Virus record (IMG/VR): IMGVR_UViG_3300021087_000010
Direction: 5' to 3' (one strand)
DNA from: an uncultured virus (IMG/VR IMGVR_UViG_3300021087_000010)
Taxonomy: Duplodnaviria > Heunggongvirae > Uroviricota > Caudoviricetes
DNA length: 64,000 bases
This document shows, one piece after another, positions 45,040 through 54,575 of this stretch; position 1 is the first letter of the stretch; every line of letters starts with the position of its first letter. The position numbers were made by a program, and so were the translations under genes. The notes beneath the pieces are model-generated. The model was not told where the DNA came from. It made no database searches and saw only the letters and a list, made by a program, of their open reading frames with translations.

Positions 45040-46255
45040 CAGATTTTTAGGTAGAAATCAAACTGACGAGAAGTTAAACCCTTCTCAGTCATTTATAGCC
45101 TTAAACGAAGGGTTAACATTAGATACCCGAGAAAACAAAGATAATTATAGATCAGCTTATGAAGAACTAGAAGTAGTTAATAGGGCTGTAAACATGATCG
45201 TAGACGATTCTGCGGACATCAAATATGATGTCAGCAACAAAGTAAATGGAGTAGCACCAGTAGTAGAAAATGTTCGAAAAACTCGTGTTGATTTATTACT
45301 TAATAAAGAACCAAATCCATTTCAGGATATCAATACTTTTAAGAGAAATCTTATAATTGATCTACTAATAGATGGTAATATTTTCGTATATTTTGATGGA
45401 AGACATTTATATCATCTTCCAGCACAGAATGTAACTATCCATTCTGATACTAGTACTTACATAGAGAAGTTCACATATGAAGGACATGTCGATTATTCAA
45501 CGAAAGAGATAATACATATTAAAGAAAACTCATTTAAATCGATCTATCGAGGAGTACCTCGACTAAAACCAGCATATAGAACCATGTATCTACTTGATAA
45601 CATGAGGAAGTTTCAAGATAACTTCTTCAAGAATGGAGCAGTTCCAGGATTAGTTCTAAAAAGCCCTAACACTCTTTCCGAGAGAATCAAAGAAAGAATG
45701 CTGCAAGCCTGGGCTACTAGGTATAATCCTTTAAATGGCGGTAAACGACCACTTATTTTAGACGGTGGAATTGAAGTTGATGATTTAACAAAAATTAATT
45801 TTAAAGAACTAGACTTTCAATCATCTATCAACGCGAATGAGAAAATAATTTTAGAAGCTATGGGTGTTCCACCTATACTTCTAGATGGTGGGAATAATGC
45901 AAACATTAGACCTAATCACAGACTTTACTATCTAGAGACAATTCTCCCGATAGTAAGAAAAATAGCTTATGCTTTTGAAAGATACTTTGGATTTGAACTT
46001 GTTGAAAATGTTTCAAATATTCCAGCACTACAACCAGAGTTAAGGGACCAAGCGGCGTATTACGCAACGCTAGTCAACACAGGCATAATGACACCAAATG
46101 AAGCTAGAGACGCAATGGGGCATGAACCTTTAGAAGGACATGATGATTTGAGAGTCCCAGCTAATATAGCGGGTAGCGCAGCAAACCCCGAAGACGGTGG
46201 GAGACCACCACAAGAAGAGGAACAGGATAATGGCGAACAAGAAAGCAGTACTTGA
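45026..46255 (+). CDS. portal protein (HK97/T5 pb7-like)
   Basis: PNPFQ..LL.DGN, IIHIK, FFKNGAVPG, GVPP.LL and GIMTPNEAR. Confidence 0.95.
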   Translation: MAWYDRFLGRNQTDEKLNPSQSFIALNEGLTLDTRENKDNYRSAYEELEVVNRAVNMIVDDSADIKYDVSNKVNGVAPVVENVRKTRVDLLLNKEPNPFQDINTFKRNLIIDLLIDGNIFVYFDGRHLYHLPAQNVTIHSDTSTYIEKFTYEGHVDYSTKEIIHIKENSFKSIYRGVPRLKPAYRTMYLLDNMRKFQDNFFKNGAVPGLVLKSPNTLSERIKERMLQAWATRYNPLNGGKRPLILDGGIEVDDLTKINFKELDFQSSINANEKIILEAMGVPPILLDGGNNANIRPNHRLYYLETILPIVRKIAYAFERYFGFELVENVSNIPALQPELRDQAAYYATLVNTGIMTPNEARDAMGHEPLEGHDDLRVPANIAGSAANPEDGGRPPQEEEQDNGEQESST

Positions 46256-46520
46256 ACAATTAGCAAATTTTTTTGCTGAACAAGGAAAAGTTTTAACACC
46301 CTCAGAGTATAAAGCTCTAGGTGCAGATGTACCTATGAGATTTATGGCGGCAAAAAGACCTTTCGGGTCTTGGTCTCGTATGACTCAGATGTTAAAAATC
46401 AACTTTCCAGACCAATGGGCCAAAGCTAACTCTGAAGCAGCACCTGCTCCAGCCCCTAAGGCTGAAGTAAAAGCAGCTCCAAAAGCAGCAAAGGCAGCTC
46501 CCAAAAAAGCTAAGAAATAA
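46230..46520 (+). CDS. small protein with Ala/Lys/Pro-rich tail
   Basis: FGSWS motif and C-terminal KAAPKAAKAAPKKAKK. Confidence 0.6.
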   Translation: MANKKAVLEQLANFFAEQGKVLTPSEYKALGADVPMRFMAAKRPFGSWSRMTQMLKINFPDQWAKANSEAAPAPAPKAEVKAAPKAAKAAPKKAKK

Positions 46521-46531
46521 GGTAGGTACAT

Positions 46532-48541
46532 ATGGAGAAAATTTTTCATTGGACTAATACTTTCAAAACTCTTGGCGAGGACGAAGATGGTAGTGTTAAT
46601 ATTAAAGGATTAGCATCTACTAATGCGATTGACCGAGCAGGAGACGTTATAAACCATGATGCATGGATAAAAAAGAATGGACTAGAAAATTATAAAACTA
46701 ATCCAATAATTTTATTTAATCATGATTATAATAAACCTATAGGTCGTGCAACTTCACTGGAAGTTACAGATAAGGGTCTCGAACTTGGAGCTAAAGTCTC
46801 TAAGTCCGCAGGCGAAATAAAAGATCTTATTAAAGATGGTGTTCTTGGAGCCTTTTCAGTCGGTTTCAGAGTCAAGGATGCAGATTATAACTCAGAAACC
46901 GATGGATATACAATAAAAGATGCCGAACTATTCGAAGTATCAGTTGTTAGTGTACCTTGCAATCAGGGAGCTATGTTCTCAGTTGCGAAGTCATTTGACA
47001 GCATGGAAGAATACGACGAGTGGAAAACGCACTTTAATAATCAGGCTCAGAACGTTTCTGCGCCACAAGCCGAGGGTAAAACCTCAAAACAGGAGACTAA
47101 TATGTCAAATGACAAAACAGTTCCCGAAGCTAATATCGACTTAAAAGCTTTTGCAGAAGAAGTAGCGAAATCAACTGCTGCTAAAATTGCAATGCAACAA
47201 GCCGAAACTAAAGCTAAGGAACTTGCGGACGCAGAAGAGAAAGCAGCTCAACAAGAAGTTGAAACTGCTGAAACAGAAGCTGAGCAAGAAAAAGTTAGAA
47301 CAATAGTCGAAGTTGGAATGTCTGGAGCTGAACAGCTCATGAATGACGTTGAAAAACGTGTTTCAGAAAAACATGAAGACTTAGAGAAAGTTGTCAATGA
47401 ACTTCAGTCTGCACTAAAAGATAAAAAAGAAGAAATCGAAGCAATTCGTGAATCTAAAAGAATCTTTGGTGACAGGAATAACTCTGACTGGCAAAAAGCC
47501 TTCCAAAGCGACATTGATGACGCTTGGGTAATGGGTCTTGCTACAGGTAAAGGTTACGATACTAAACTGGGTAGATCAGTAATGGAAAAAGTTAACGCAC
47601 ATTCAGGTGTGGGTGTTTCTTCCGCTGATTTTGAACAAACAGTATCAACTAATATCGAAAGGGATATTCAACTAGAATTAGTACTAGCTCCGTTATTTAG
47701 AGAAATCCAAATGGCGTCAGCTACACAAATAATCCCAATCTTACCAGATGCTGGGTATGCTGAATTTACAGCTAACCAAACAGCTACGGGCTCAAGCCCA
47801 CATGGTAACTTGGAAGAAAGAGGTGATACTTATGACGGAACTATGTCAGGTATCGACTTAACTGAAAGAACTCTTTCAACTAAAAAACTTATTTCTCAAT
47901 CTTACTTAGGTAATGAGACAGAAGAAGACGCAATCTTGCCAATTCTACCTTTGATCAGAGAATCAATCGTAAGAGCACACGCAAGAGGTGTTGAAAATGC
48001 ACTGTTAGTGGGTAACCACGCAGACGGCGTTTACGGCACAAGTGGAGCGACATTTGAAGGACTAGTTACAATGGCTGGATCTAACAAAACTCAATCCGCA
48101 ACTGCATTTGCTTCTGAATCTTTAACAGCACTACATTTGTTAGCTGCTAGAAAGAATATGGGTAAATATGGAATGAACCCTGCAGACGTTACGTATATCG
48201 TTAACTCTACAGAGTACTACAGCTTATTGCAAGATGCAGAATTCCAAGATGTTAACCTAGTTGGCGACGTAGCTACTAAACTACGTGGCGAAATCGGATC
48301 AGTCTTTGGCTCTAAAGTCATAGTTTGTGATGAATTTGCAACACCAGCAGTTGCTAAGTTTTATGCCATAGCGGTATATGCGAAGAACTATGTAATGCCT
48401 CGACTAAGAGGAATGACAATCGAATCTGACTACGAAGTAGCTAATCAGAGACGAGTACTTGTTGCTTCTCAAAGACTTGGATTCACCGATATGATCGATG
48501 CTTCCACTTCAGCTTGGGCACTTCAGTACAAAGCTAGTTAA
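46532..48541 (+). CDS. prohead protease-major capsid protein in one ORF (internal MCP start at 47102)
   Basis: N-terminal HK97 protease motifs (DRAGD, FNHD..PIG, FSVGF, EVSVVSVPCN), a coiled-coil scaffold, then the capsid domain. Confidence 0.93.
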   Translation: MEKIFHWTNTFKTLGEDEDGSVNIKGLASTNAIDRAGDVINHDAWIKKNGLENYKTNPIILFNHDYNKPIGRATSLEVTDKGLELGAKVSKSAGEIKDLIKDGVLGAFSVGFRVKDADYNSETDGYTIKDAELFEVSVVSVPCNQGAMFSVAKSFDSMEEYDEWKTHFNNQAQNVSAPQAEGKTSKQETNMSNDKTVPEANIDLKAFAEEVAKSTAAKIAMQQAETKAKELADAEEKAAQQEVETAETEAEQEKVRTIVEVGMSGAEQLMNDVEKRVSEKHEDLEKVVNELQSALKDKKEEIEAIRESKRIFGDRNNSDWQKAFQSDIDDAWVMGLATGKGYDTKLGRSVMEKVNAHSGVGVSSADFEQTVSTNIERDIQLELVLAPLFREIQMASATQIIPILPDAGYAEFTANQTATGSSPHGNLEERGDTYDGTMSGIDLTERTLSTKKLISQSYLGNETEEDAILPILPLIRESIVRAHARGVENALLVGNHADGVYGTSGATFEGLVTMAGSNKTQSATAFASESLTALHLLAARKNMGKYGMNPADVTYIVNSTEYYSLLQDAEFQDVNLVGDVATKLRGEIGSVFGSKVIVCDEFATPAVAKFYAIAVYAKNYVMPRLRGMTIESDYEVANQRRVLVASQRLGFTDMIDASTSAWALQYKAS

Positions 48542-48559
48542 TAGCTAATGCGAATATTT

Positions 48560-48593
48560 GGAGGGAATCTCGAGTTCCCTCCTATATTTTTTT
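48560..48593 (+). terminator. intrinsic terminator after the capsid gene
   Basis: GGAGGGAA-loop-TTCCCTCC followed by a T run. Confidence 0.8.
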
Positions 48594-48602
48594 AAAATAA
48601 TT

Positions 48603-49214
48603 ATGGCAGATTTAATAACATTACAGCAATACAAAGACTTTCAAGGTTTAACTGGCGTTCAACAAGATGCCCGTATTAATGTAATAATCGATTCAGTTAG
48701 TCAATTAGTTAAAAACTATTGTGGCACTAACTTTATTGATAATTATTCAAGCGCCAAAACAGAATACTTTGATGTTAAAGATAATGTAACTACTAGAGTT
48801 ATGTTAGATGAAGGACCGATTAATGCGGTAACTTCAGTTTCAGAAAGAGATTCACAGGCAGATGCATATGTTACCCTCATTAAGGAAAATTCCGATAGCA
48901 GTGGTAAATATGAATATGTTGTTGATAATCTTACAGATAGTATAGTTCGCACTAATGAAAATGTGGACAAATCTTTTCCAAAAGGAAGAAAAGCAGTAAA
49001 AGTAGTTTATACCGCAGGGTATAGTGCTACACCTGAAGATTTAAAATTAGCAGTATTTGATTTGATTAAGTACTACTTAAAAGATGAAAGCAGGGAAAGA
49101 ATGAGTGTTGCAGGAGCAACAATAGAAAACCCAGGTTCTAGTAGTGTCCCTAATAGTTCTGGATTTCCAGACCATATTAAACGAGTACTAGATATGTACA
49201 AAGTTTATAACTAA
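48603..49214 (+). CDS. head completion/connector protein (T5 p144-like)
   Basis: LIT..QYK, VYTAGY...PEDLKLA and FPDHIKRVLDMYK. Confidence 0.8.
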   Translation: MADLITLQQYKDFQGLTGVQQDARINVIIDSVSQLVKNYCGTNFIDNYSSAKTEYFDVKDNVTTRVMLDEGPINAVTSVSERDSQADAYVTLIKENSDSSGKYEYVVDNLTDSIVRTNENVDKSFPKGRKAVKVVYTAGYSATPEDLKLAVFDLIKYYLKDESRERMSVAGATIENPGSSSVPNSSGFPDHIKRVLDMYKVYN

Positions 49215-50677
49215 TGGCAACAGGTGATCAGAAAAAACGATTAGAAGAACTATGGAAAACTGCCGACAAAGCAGTAAGAGGGGACTTAGAAGATTTATAC
49301 AATACAGGAGCATGCGAGTGCGAAATAAATGTTTCAGAAATATCAAAACAGTTTAATGACCAGTGGGTACATACTAATAAAGCAGCCGCACCTGAAGAAG
49401 TGCGAAAACTATTTATAAGTTTAGCTAGAGATATAAAAAAGGAGTGGGTAAATAAAGTTTCAACAGGAACTCTCACAAATTCTGGATCAACAGTAAAAGT
49501 TACAAGGAATGGAAGTAGTGGTCAAGTTTTAAACTTTACTATGGAAAAGGGGGAATCCGGAAGAAAAGGTAAAAAAGCTCAGGGTGCTTCAAATAATTTT
49601 AAGATTTTTAAAGAAGTAAACGCAAAGATTTTTCAAGGCTTAGCAAAGAGTTCTACTTATAAATCATTATTTACAGGCTACTCGAAAAAGAAAAGTGGAG
49701 GTTTAAGATCTCCAATTGATATTGGTCACGTAAAAGCTTTAGGTTCTGCAGGTAGAGCATCTGCAGCCGCTGGTATCATAGAAGGAGTATTAGAGCTAGA
49801 TCAACTATCTCCAGCTGTTAAAGCAGACTTTATAAAAACTCGAGATTCACTTCTCACATTAGGACTTAGTGATACTAGTAAACAAGTAGTTAAGTATAGT
49901 AATGGAGAACTTAAATTTATAGGTACACAACAGTATACTCTTGAGACTTCTAAGAAGAATAAAGGTGATAAGAAAAAAGACGATGACGACAAAGAAGCAG
50001 AAGTCGTAAAAACTTTAAATGATCTTTTAGAAAGTTTAGCCCCTTCTGCTAAAGATTTTGTTAATCAAACAGGCTCTCCCTCTATGGTAAATATAGTTGG
50101 AGACATGATAGTTAATACTCCTTTAAAGAAACGAGCCTATAAGAAGAAAAGAGCAAAAAATCTATCTAAATATAAAAAGCCTATAAAAGCTAGAAGCGGT
50201 TCAAGAACAGCTAGTAAAGAAGAGAAATATAAGGGCAGTAATGGAAAAGCAAGTTTTGGGTTAGACTCAGCAATGGCTGCAGGATTACCAAAAAGTGCAA
50301 GACCAGGAAAACAAACAGAAGGTGGATCAGGGCAAACTCCAGAAGATTTTGCTCAAAAGATAAGAGGGTTACTAAAGGTAAAAAGAGCAATAAATGCTCG
50401 ATTACCTGCAGAAGTTAGAAGAAACATGGGAAGTGCTTCTACTCTTAATAATAGGACAGGAAGATTCTCAAATTCCGCAGAAGTAACACAAATTTTACCC
50501 GCAGCACAGACACTAATGGTAAAATACTCATACAGATTAGACCCTTATGAAACATTTGAGAACAGAGGCAAGAGAAGGTGGCCCGCAGGGTATAATCCTA
50601 AACCTTTAATTGCCAAAAGCATAAGAGGACTAGCACTAGGACTAGTAGATGAAAAATTAACAATTAGGAGAGAATAG
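49214..50677 (+). CDS. tail completion protein (T5 p143-like) with long N-terminal extension
   Basis: C-terminal RTGRF...PY..FE...NP..LI..SIR, plus synteny. Confidence 0.65.
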   Translation: MATGDQKKRLEELWKTADKAVRGDLEDLYNTGACECEINVSEISKQFNDQWVHTNKAAAPEEVRKLFISLARDIKKEWVNKVSTGTLTNSGSTVKVTRNGSSGQVLNFTMEKGESGRKGKKAQGASNNFKIFKEVNAKIFQGLAKSSTYKSLFTGYSKKKSGGLRSPIDIGHVKALGSAGRASAAAGIIEGVLELDQLSPAVKADFIKTRDSLLTLGLSDTSKQVVKYSNGELKFIGTQQYTLETSKKNKGDKKKDDDDKEAEVVKTLNDLLESLAPSAKDFVNQTGSPSMVNIVGDMIVNTPLKKRAYKKKRAKNLSKYKKPIKARSGSRTASKEEKYKGSNGKASFGLDSAMAAGLPKSARPGKQTEGGSGQTPEDFAQKIRGLLKVKRAINARLPAEVRRNMGSASTLNNRTGRFSNSAEVTQILPAAQTLMVKYSYRLDPYETFENRGKRRWPAGYNPKPLIAKSIRGLALGLVDEKLTIRRE

Positions 50678-51129
50678 TGGCATCACAATACAGAACAGCA
50701 AGAAAAAAGATAGTAGATGCACTAGTTAAACAGATTAAAGGAATTAATGGTATACACCCATATAATTCTAACGCTTTTAATAATGTTCATGGAAACATGA
50801 TATTTTTAGATCAAATCCAGGAGTACCCAAAAATTTGTGTAGTCGCTGGAGATGAAGCCAGGCAATATCAGCCTGGTGAATTTAAGTGGAGATTCTTGAA
50901 CGTAGACATAAGAGTTTATGTAGAAAATCAAGAAGATTCACAGGAAGCTTTGGCTATTTTAATGGAAGACATTGAAAGAGTCATAGACGACAATGATATT
51001 CTGTCTTACGATACTACTGTAAGTCCGAATTTAAAAACTACTTCCTTAACTTTATTATCATTATCAACAGACGAAGGAGTTTTAGCTCCCTTAGCAATCG
51101 GTGAGATGACAGTAGAGTGTAGGTATTAA
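50677..51129 (+). CDS. tail terminator (T5 p142-like)
   Basis: Synteny, plus EDIERVID...TDEGVLAP. Confidence 0.75.
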   Translation: MASQYRTARKKIVDALVKQIKGINGIHPYNSNAFNNVHGNMIFLDQIQEYPKICVVAGDEARQYQPGEFKWRFLNVDIRVYVENQEDSQEALAILMEDIERVIDDNDILSYDTTVSPNLKTTSLTLLSLSTDEGVLAPLAIGEMTVECRY

Positions 51130-51196
51130 TCGAAATTACAAAGCAGGTAAAAACCTAGCTAAGTACTTTCAAAGAAAATAGAATAGGAGAAAAGCA

Positions 51197-52831
51197 ATGG
51201 CTTTAAATCTTTCAAGAAATACCAAAGTATTCGTTAGTTCAGCTAATGGAGTTCCCACTGCAGGTGGGGGTATACTAACAGCTTATGTTAGTACTAAAGG
51301 TACTGGATACGCTGTCGGAGACATCGTAACCTTAGCTACCACTTCTGGCTCAGGCGTAAATGCAAAATGTATAGTTCTTTCTATTGGTTCTAGTGGCATC
51401 GTGGAAACGATAGCAATCCCAAATAACTTTAGAGGTAATGGCTTTGTTGTAGATGAAACAGCAACTGAATCAGCAGTAGAATCCTTTGCAGGCGTTAATA
51501 ACGCTGGTGCAAGTGGACTAGTAGTAACAGTAAAAACTGTTACAGGAACTACTACAGCAGAAGGCGCAAGAGCAGGAACAGGACGATTCAAAGGTAATGA
51601 AACAAGTGCAAACTGTTTTAGAATTGGTGTATTAGATGGATATAGCTTCTCGCAAGGAAGTGAATCTACTGATGTAACAATCAATGAAGCAGGTGCAACG
51701 CCTAATAGAGGCTCAAAGAGATTCAATGACTCTTTACCACCAGCAGAATGGTCGTTTGGCACATATGTCAGACCATTTGTTCATGGTGCAGCAAGTTGGA
51801 GAGCAGATGGCACGTATGACTGTGTAGAAAACATTTTGTGGTCTGCATTAGCAGGAACAGGGCTATCAGACGCTACAGGCTCAGCAATAGCTACCAGTAC
51901 TGGTGCAGCAGGCGGAGCAACAATCGACTTTTTAGAATCAGATGTTCATGAACTTATGAAACTTAATATATATTTCGTACTAGAGAACACTACTTATAGG
52001 TTGAACCAAGCTCAGATTAATAGTGCAGAAATCGATTTTTCAATCGACGGAATAGCACAGATCACATGGGGCGGAAACGCAACAACTATTGACCAAGTAA
52101 CAACAGCATTTGAAGATCCTTCAAAGTATCAAATCGAAGCTTATGATGCAGATGGCGCAAGTCTAACGCATACAAGTGGTAATACAGATACTTATGCAGA
52201 AGGGTATAACTTTGCAGACAACGTTGGCCCAGCTGACGCTGATTACTTAAGAAACAAACTATCATCATTATACATTGACACTGATGCTCAAGGTGGTGGT
52301 AATGCTTCTGGAGGCTTAGATGACAGAACTTATGATATCAATATCACAGGTGGGTCAATATCTATAGCAAATAATGTTACTTATGTAACACCAGAAACAA
52401 TCGGTATCGTGGATAAACCAATTGGTTCATTCACAGGTTCTAGAACTATTAGTGGCTCATTAAACATGTATTTGGATAATAAGTCAAATGGATCTAACCA
52501 ATTACTATCAGACTTAGCTGACGCTAATGACCTTGTATCAAACGTATTTGATTTACGTTTATATATGGGTGTAGCAGGTGCAGTAGGATCTGATGGAGAT
52601 GCAATGGGAGCTGATGACTTTACAGCCCCAGGCGTAGAATTTAATTTACCAAAAGCTCATCTATCAATACCAGCTATTGAAGTTGCAGATTTAATATCTG
52701 TGTCCGTAGAATTTGCGGCTCATGGAACTAATCTACAAACTGGAGATGAGATGAAAGTCAAATACTTAGGTTCAACTTCTCACACTCAAGCAGGTTATTC
52801 TGCAGCAAGTGCTAGAGCAGTAGATGCTTAG
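51197..52831 (+). CDS. major tail tube protein (T5 pb6-like)
   Basis: LSRNTKVFVS, VLDGYSFSQ, RGSKRFNDSL.PAEWSF.TY.RP and FTGSR.ISGSL. Confidence 0.88.
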   Translation: MALNLSRNTKVFVSSANGVPTAGGGILTAYVSTKGTGYAVGDIVTLATTSGSGVNAKCIVLSIGSSGIVETIAIPNNFRGNGFVVDETATESAVESFAGVNNAGASGLVVTVKTVTGTTTAEGARAGTGRFKGNETSANCFRIGVLDGYSFSQGSESTDVTINEAGATPNRGSKRFNDSLPPAEWSFGTYVRPFVHGAASWRADGTYDCVENILWSALAGTGLSDATGSAIATSTGAAGGATIDFLESDVHELMKLNIYFVLENTTYRLNQAQINSAEIDFSIDGIAQITWGGNATTIDQVTTAFEDPSKYQIEAYDADGASLTHTSGNTDTYAEGYNFADNVGPADADYLRNKLSSLYIDTDAQGGGNASGGLDDRTYDINITGGSISIANNVTYVTPETIGIVDKPIGSFTGSRTISGSLNMYLDNKSNGSNQLLSDLADANDLVSNVFDLRLYMGVAGAVGSDGDAMGADDFTAPGVEFNLPKAHLSIPAIEVADLISVSVEFAAHGTNLQTGDEMKVKYLGSTSHTQAGYSAASARAVDA

Positions 52832-52837
52832 GTAAAA

Positions 52838-53779
52838 ATGTCTTATAGTTTTCTCAAGGAGAGTAAGCTATACATAGTGTATGGCGAGGTTGGTGGGACT
52901 TTATATAAATATAGAGTCTACACCTCCTCCGCTATATCTTTTAATCAAACATTTGCTAGCGATTCGTACTCAGTAAAGACTCTGCACGATCAATCAAAAA
53001 TGTTTGAAGGCTCAACAATAACGAAAGCCAACCCGGCTAACTTTGAAATTGATGTTCCTCTTACAGATGAAAAAGATGAAAGTATCATAATAGATTTATT
53101 AAGTGATGTAACTGCTGGTCAGTTAAGATCGTTTGATATGTATGTACAAACAAATCAGAGTACTTTTAAATTAGAAAATGCAATAATTACAGGAGGCGCT
53201 TTGGACTTTGGTTCAAATAACGTTTTCACAATTAGACTGCAAGGAGAAGGAACCAAATTATCAAGGGCGGGAGACGAAAGTTATACCATTCCTGGCACAG
53301 CTCGATCAGAGTCAGCCACAAGAACCCCTTTAATGGTTTATCCAGTTGTCACAGCTGACAGCTTAGATATGAATAATATCACTAGTGTTACTTTGAATAT
53401 TCAAAATAACATTGATTGGACACCATTTGAAACCCTCCATAGCAGCTTAAATGTTACTAATTCTAGTAATGTAATGCGTGCGTCTAATTATACGGTAACG
53501 AAAAGAGTTGTTTCGGGAGCAATCAATCAATACCAAACTGATAATAATATAACACAATTTGATGATTTTAGTACTAATACTGATTTAACTATTAAAGCAG
53601 TGAAAGTGGGGAATGCAGCTAATGCTACTCCTTTCTTTCAAATACGACTAAATCCAATAACTTACACAGCAAGAATGACTCCAAGTGAGGTATATATGCA
53701 AAGTTATGATTTTAGTTCTACTGATAATAGTACAACACTTGATGCTTCAATTACTCAATATAATAATAGATATTTCTAG
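52838..53779 (+). CDS. baseplate tube / minor tail protein (T5 p140-like)
   Basis: YSFLKESKL, FNQTF..KTLH, plus synteny. Confidence 0.75.
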   Translation: MSYSFLKESKLYIVYGEVGGTLYKYRVYTSSAISFNQTFASDSYSVKTLHDQSKMFEGSTITKANPANFEIDVPLTDEKDESIIIDLLSDVTAGQLRSFDMYVQTNQSTFKLENAIITGGALDFGSNNVFTIRLQGEGTKLSRAGDESYTIPGTARSESATRTPLMVYPVVTADSLDMNNITSVTLNIQNNIDWTPFETLHSSLNVTNSSNVMRASNYTVTKRVVSGAINQYQTDNNITQFDDFSTNTDLTIKAVKVGNAANATPFFQIRLNPITYTARMTPSEVYMQSYDFSSTDNSTTLDASITQYNNRYF

Positions 53780-53791
53780 GAGAAATAACAC

Positions 53792-54241
53792 ATGGAATTA
53801 AAAAACCTGTTGGTTGACAGTAAGACCACTTGGGTCGAGTTTCCCGGACTAGAGGACTTCGAAGTCGAACTAGCAAACTTATCCCGAAAAGAATTAGTAG
53901 CATTAAGAAAGAAATGCACACAAAACAAATTTAACAGAAAGACAAGGGCTTTCGAAGAAACATTAGATGATGATAAGTTCGTAAAAGAATTTACAAATTC
54001 AACTGTAAAAGGTTGGAAAGGGTTACAGCTCGCTTTTTTAGAAGATTTACTACTTGTAGATTTAAAAAGTAATGATCCAAAATCCTTATTAGAGTATACA
54101 GAAGAGAACGCTTTACTATTAGTGGAGAATTCAAGCGAATTTGATAATTGGCTCAACGAGGTAGTCTTTGATTTAGAAAACTTTCGTACTAACTTCAAAG
54201 GAACAGATAAAGAAACGCCTCCAAGTATTCCTGCAAAATGA
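53792..54241 (+). CDS. tail assembly chaperone (gpG-like)
   Basis: Lies before the TMP. VKGWKGL...NS.EFD.W...LENFR. Confidence 0.75.
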   Translation: MELKNLLVDSKTTWVEFPGLEDFEVELANLSRKELVALRKKCTQNKFNRKTRAFEETLDDDKFVKEFTNSTVKGWKGLQLAFLEDLLLVDLKSNDPKSLLEYTEENALLLVENSSEFDNWLNEVVFDLENFRTNFKGTDKETPPSIPAK

Positions 54242-54251
54242 TTCTATAGGA

Positions 54252-54575
54252 ATGACCAAAGACCAGTATCTGCGAATGGTAGAGCAGACTGGTGAAGAGA
54301 TAGATTGGGAAAAATGCCCTCCAGACTTGGAGGATTTTCCTAACTCTGTAATAGATGCTTTAAATATTTTCCATTCCTTAGGAAATAAGGTATATCCAGA
54401 AATTGGGTTAATAGGAAAAGATTATACTAATACGAAGATACTATTTGAGCTTTATGGTATAAAAAAATACCAAAAGGATTGGATAATGGAATTACTCTTA
54501 TTTCTAGAAAATGAAACAGTAAATGAGTCACAGCGTAAATTAAAAGCTGAATATGACAAGATAAAAAGAAAATAA
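54252..54575 (+). CDS. tail assembly chaperone C-terminal part (gpT-like, probably reached by frameshift)
   Basis: Reading frame is open back to 54177. Lies directly before the TMP. Confidence 0.65.
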   Translation: MTKDQYLRMVEQTGEEIDWEKCPPDLEDFPNSVIDALNIFHSLGNKVYPEIGLIGKDYTNTKILFELYGIKKYQKDWIMELLLFLENETVNESQRKLKAEYDKIKRK

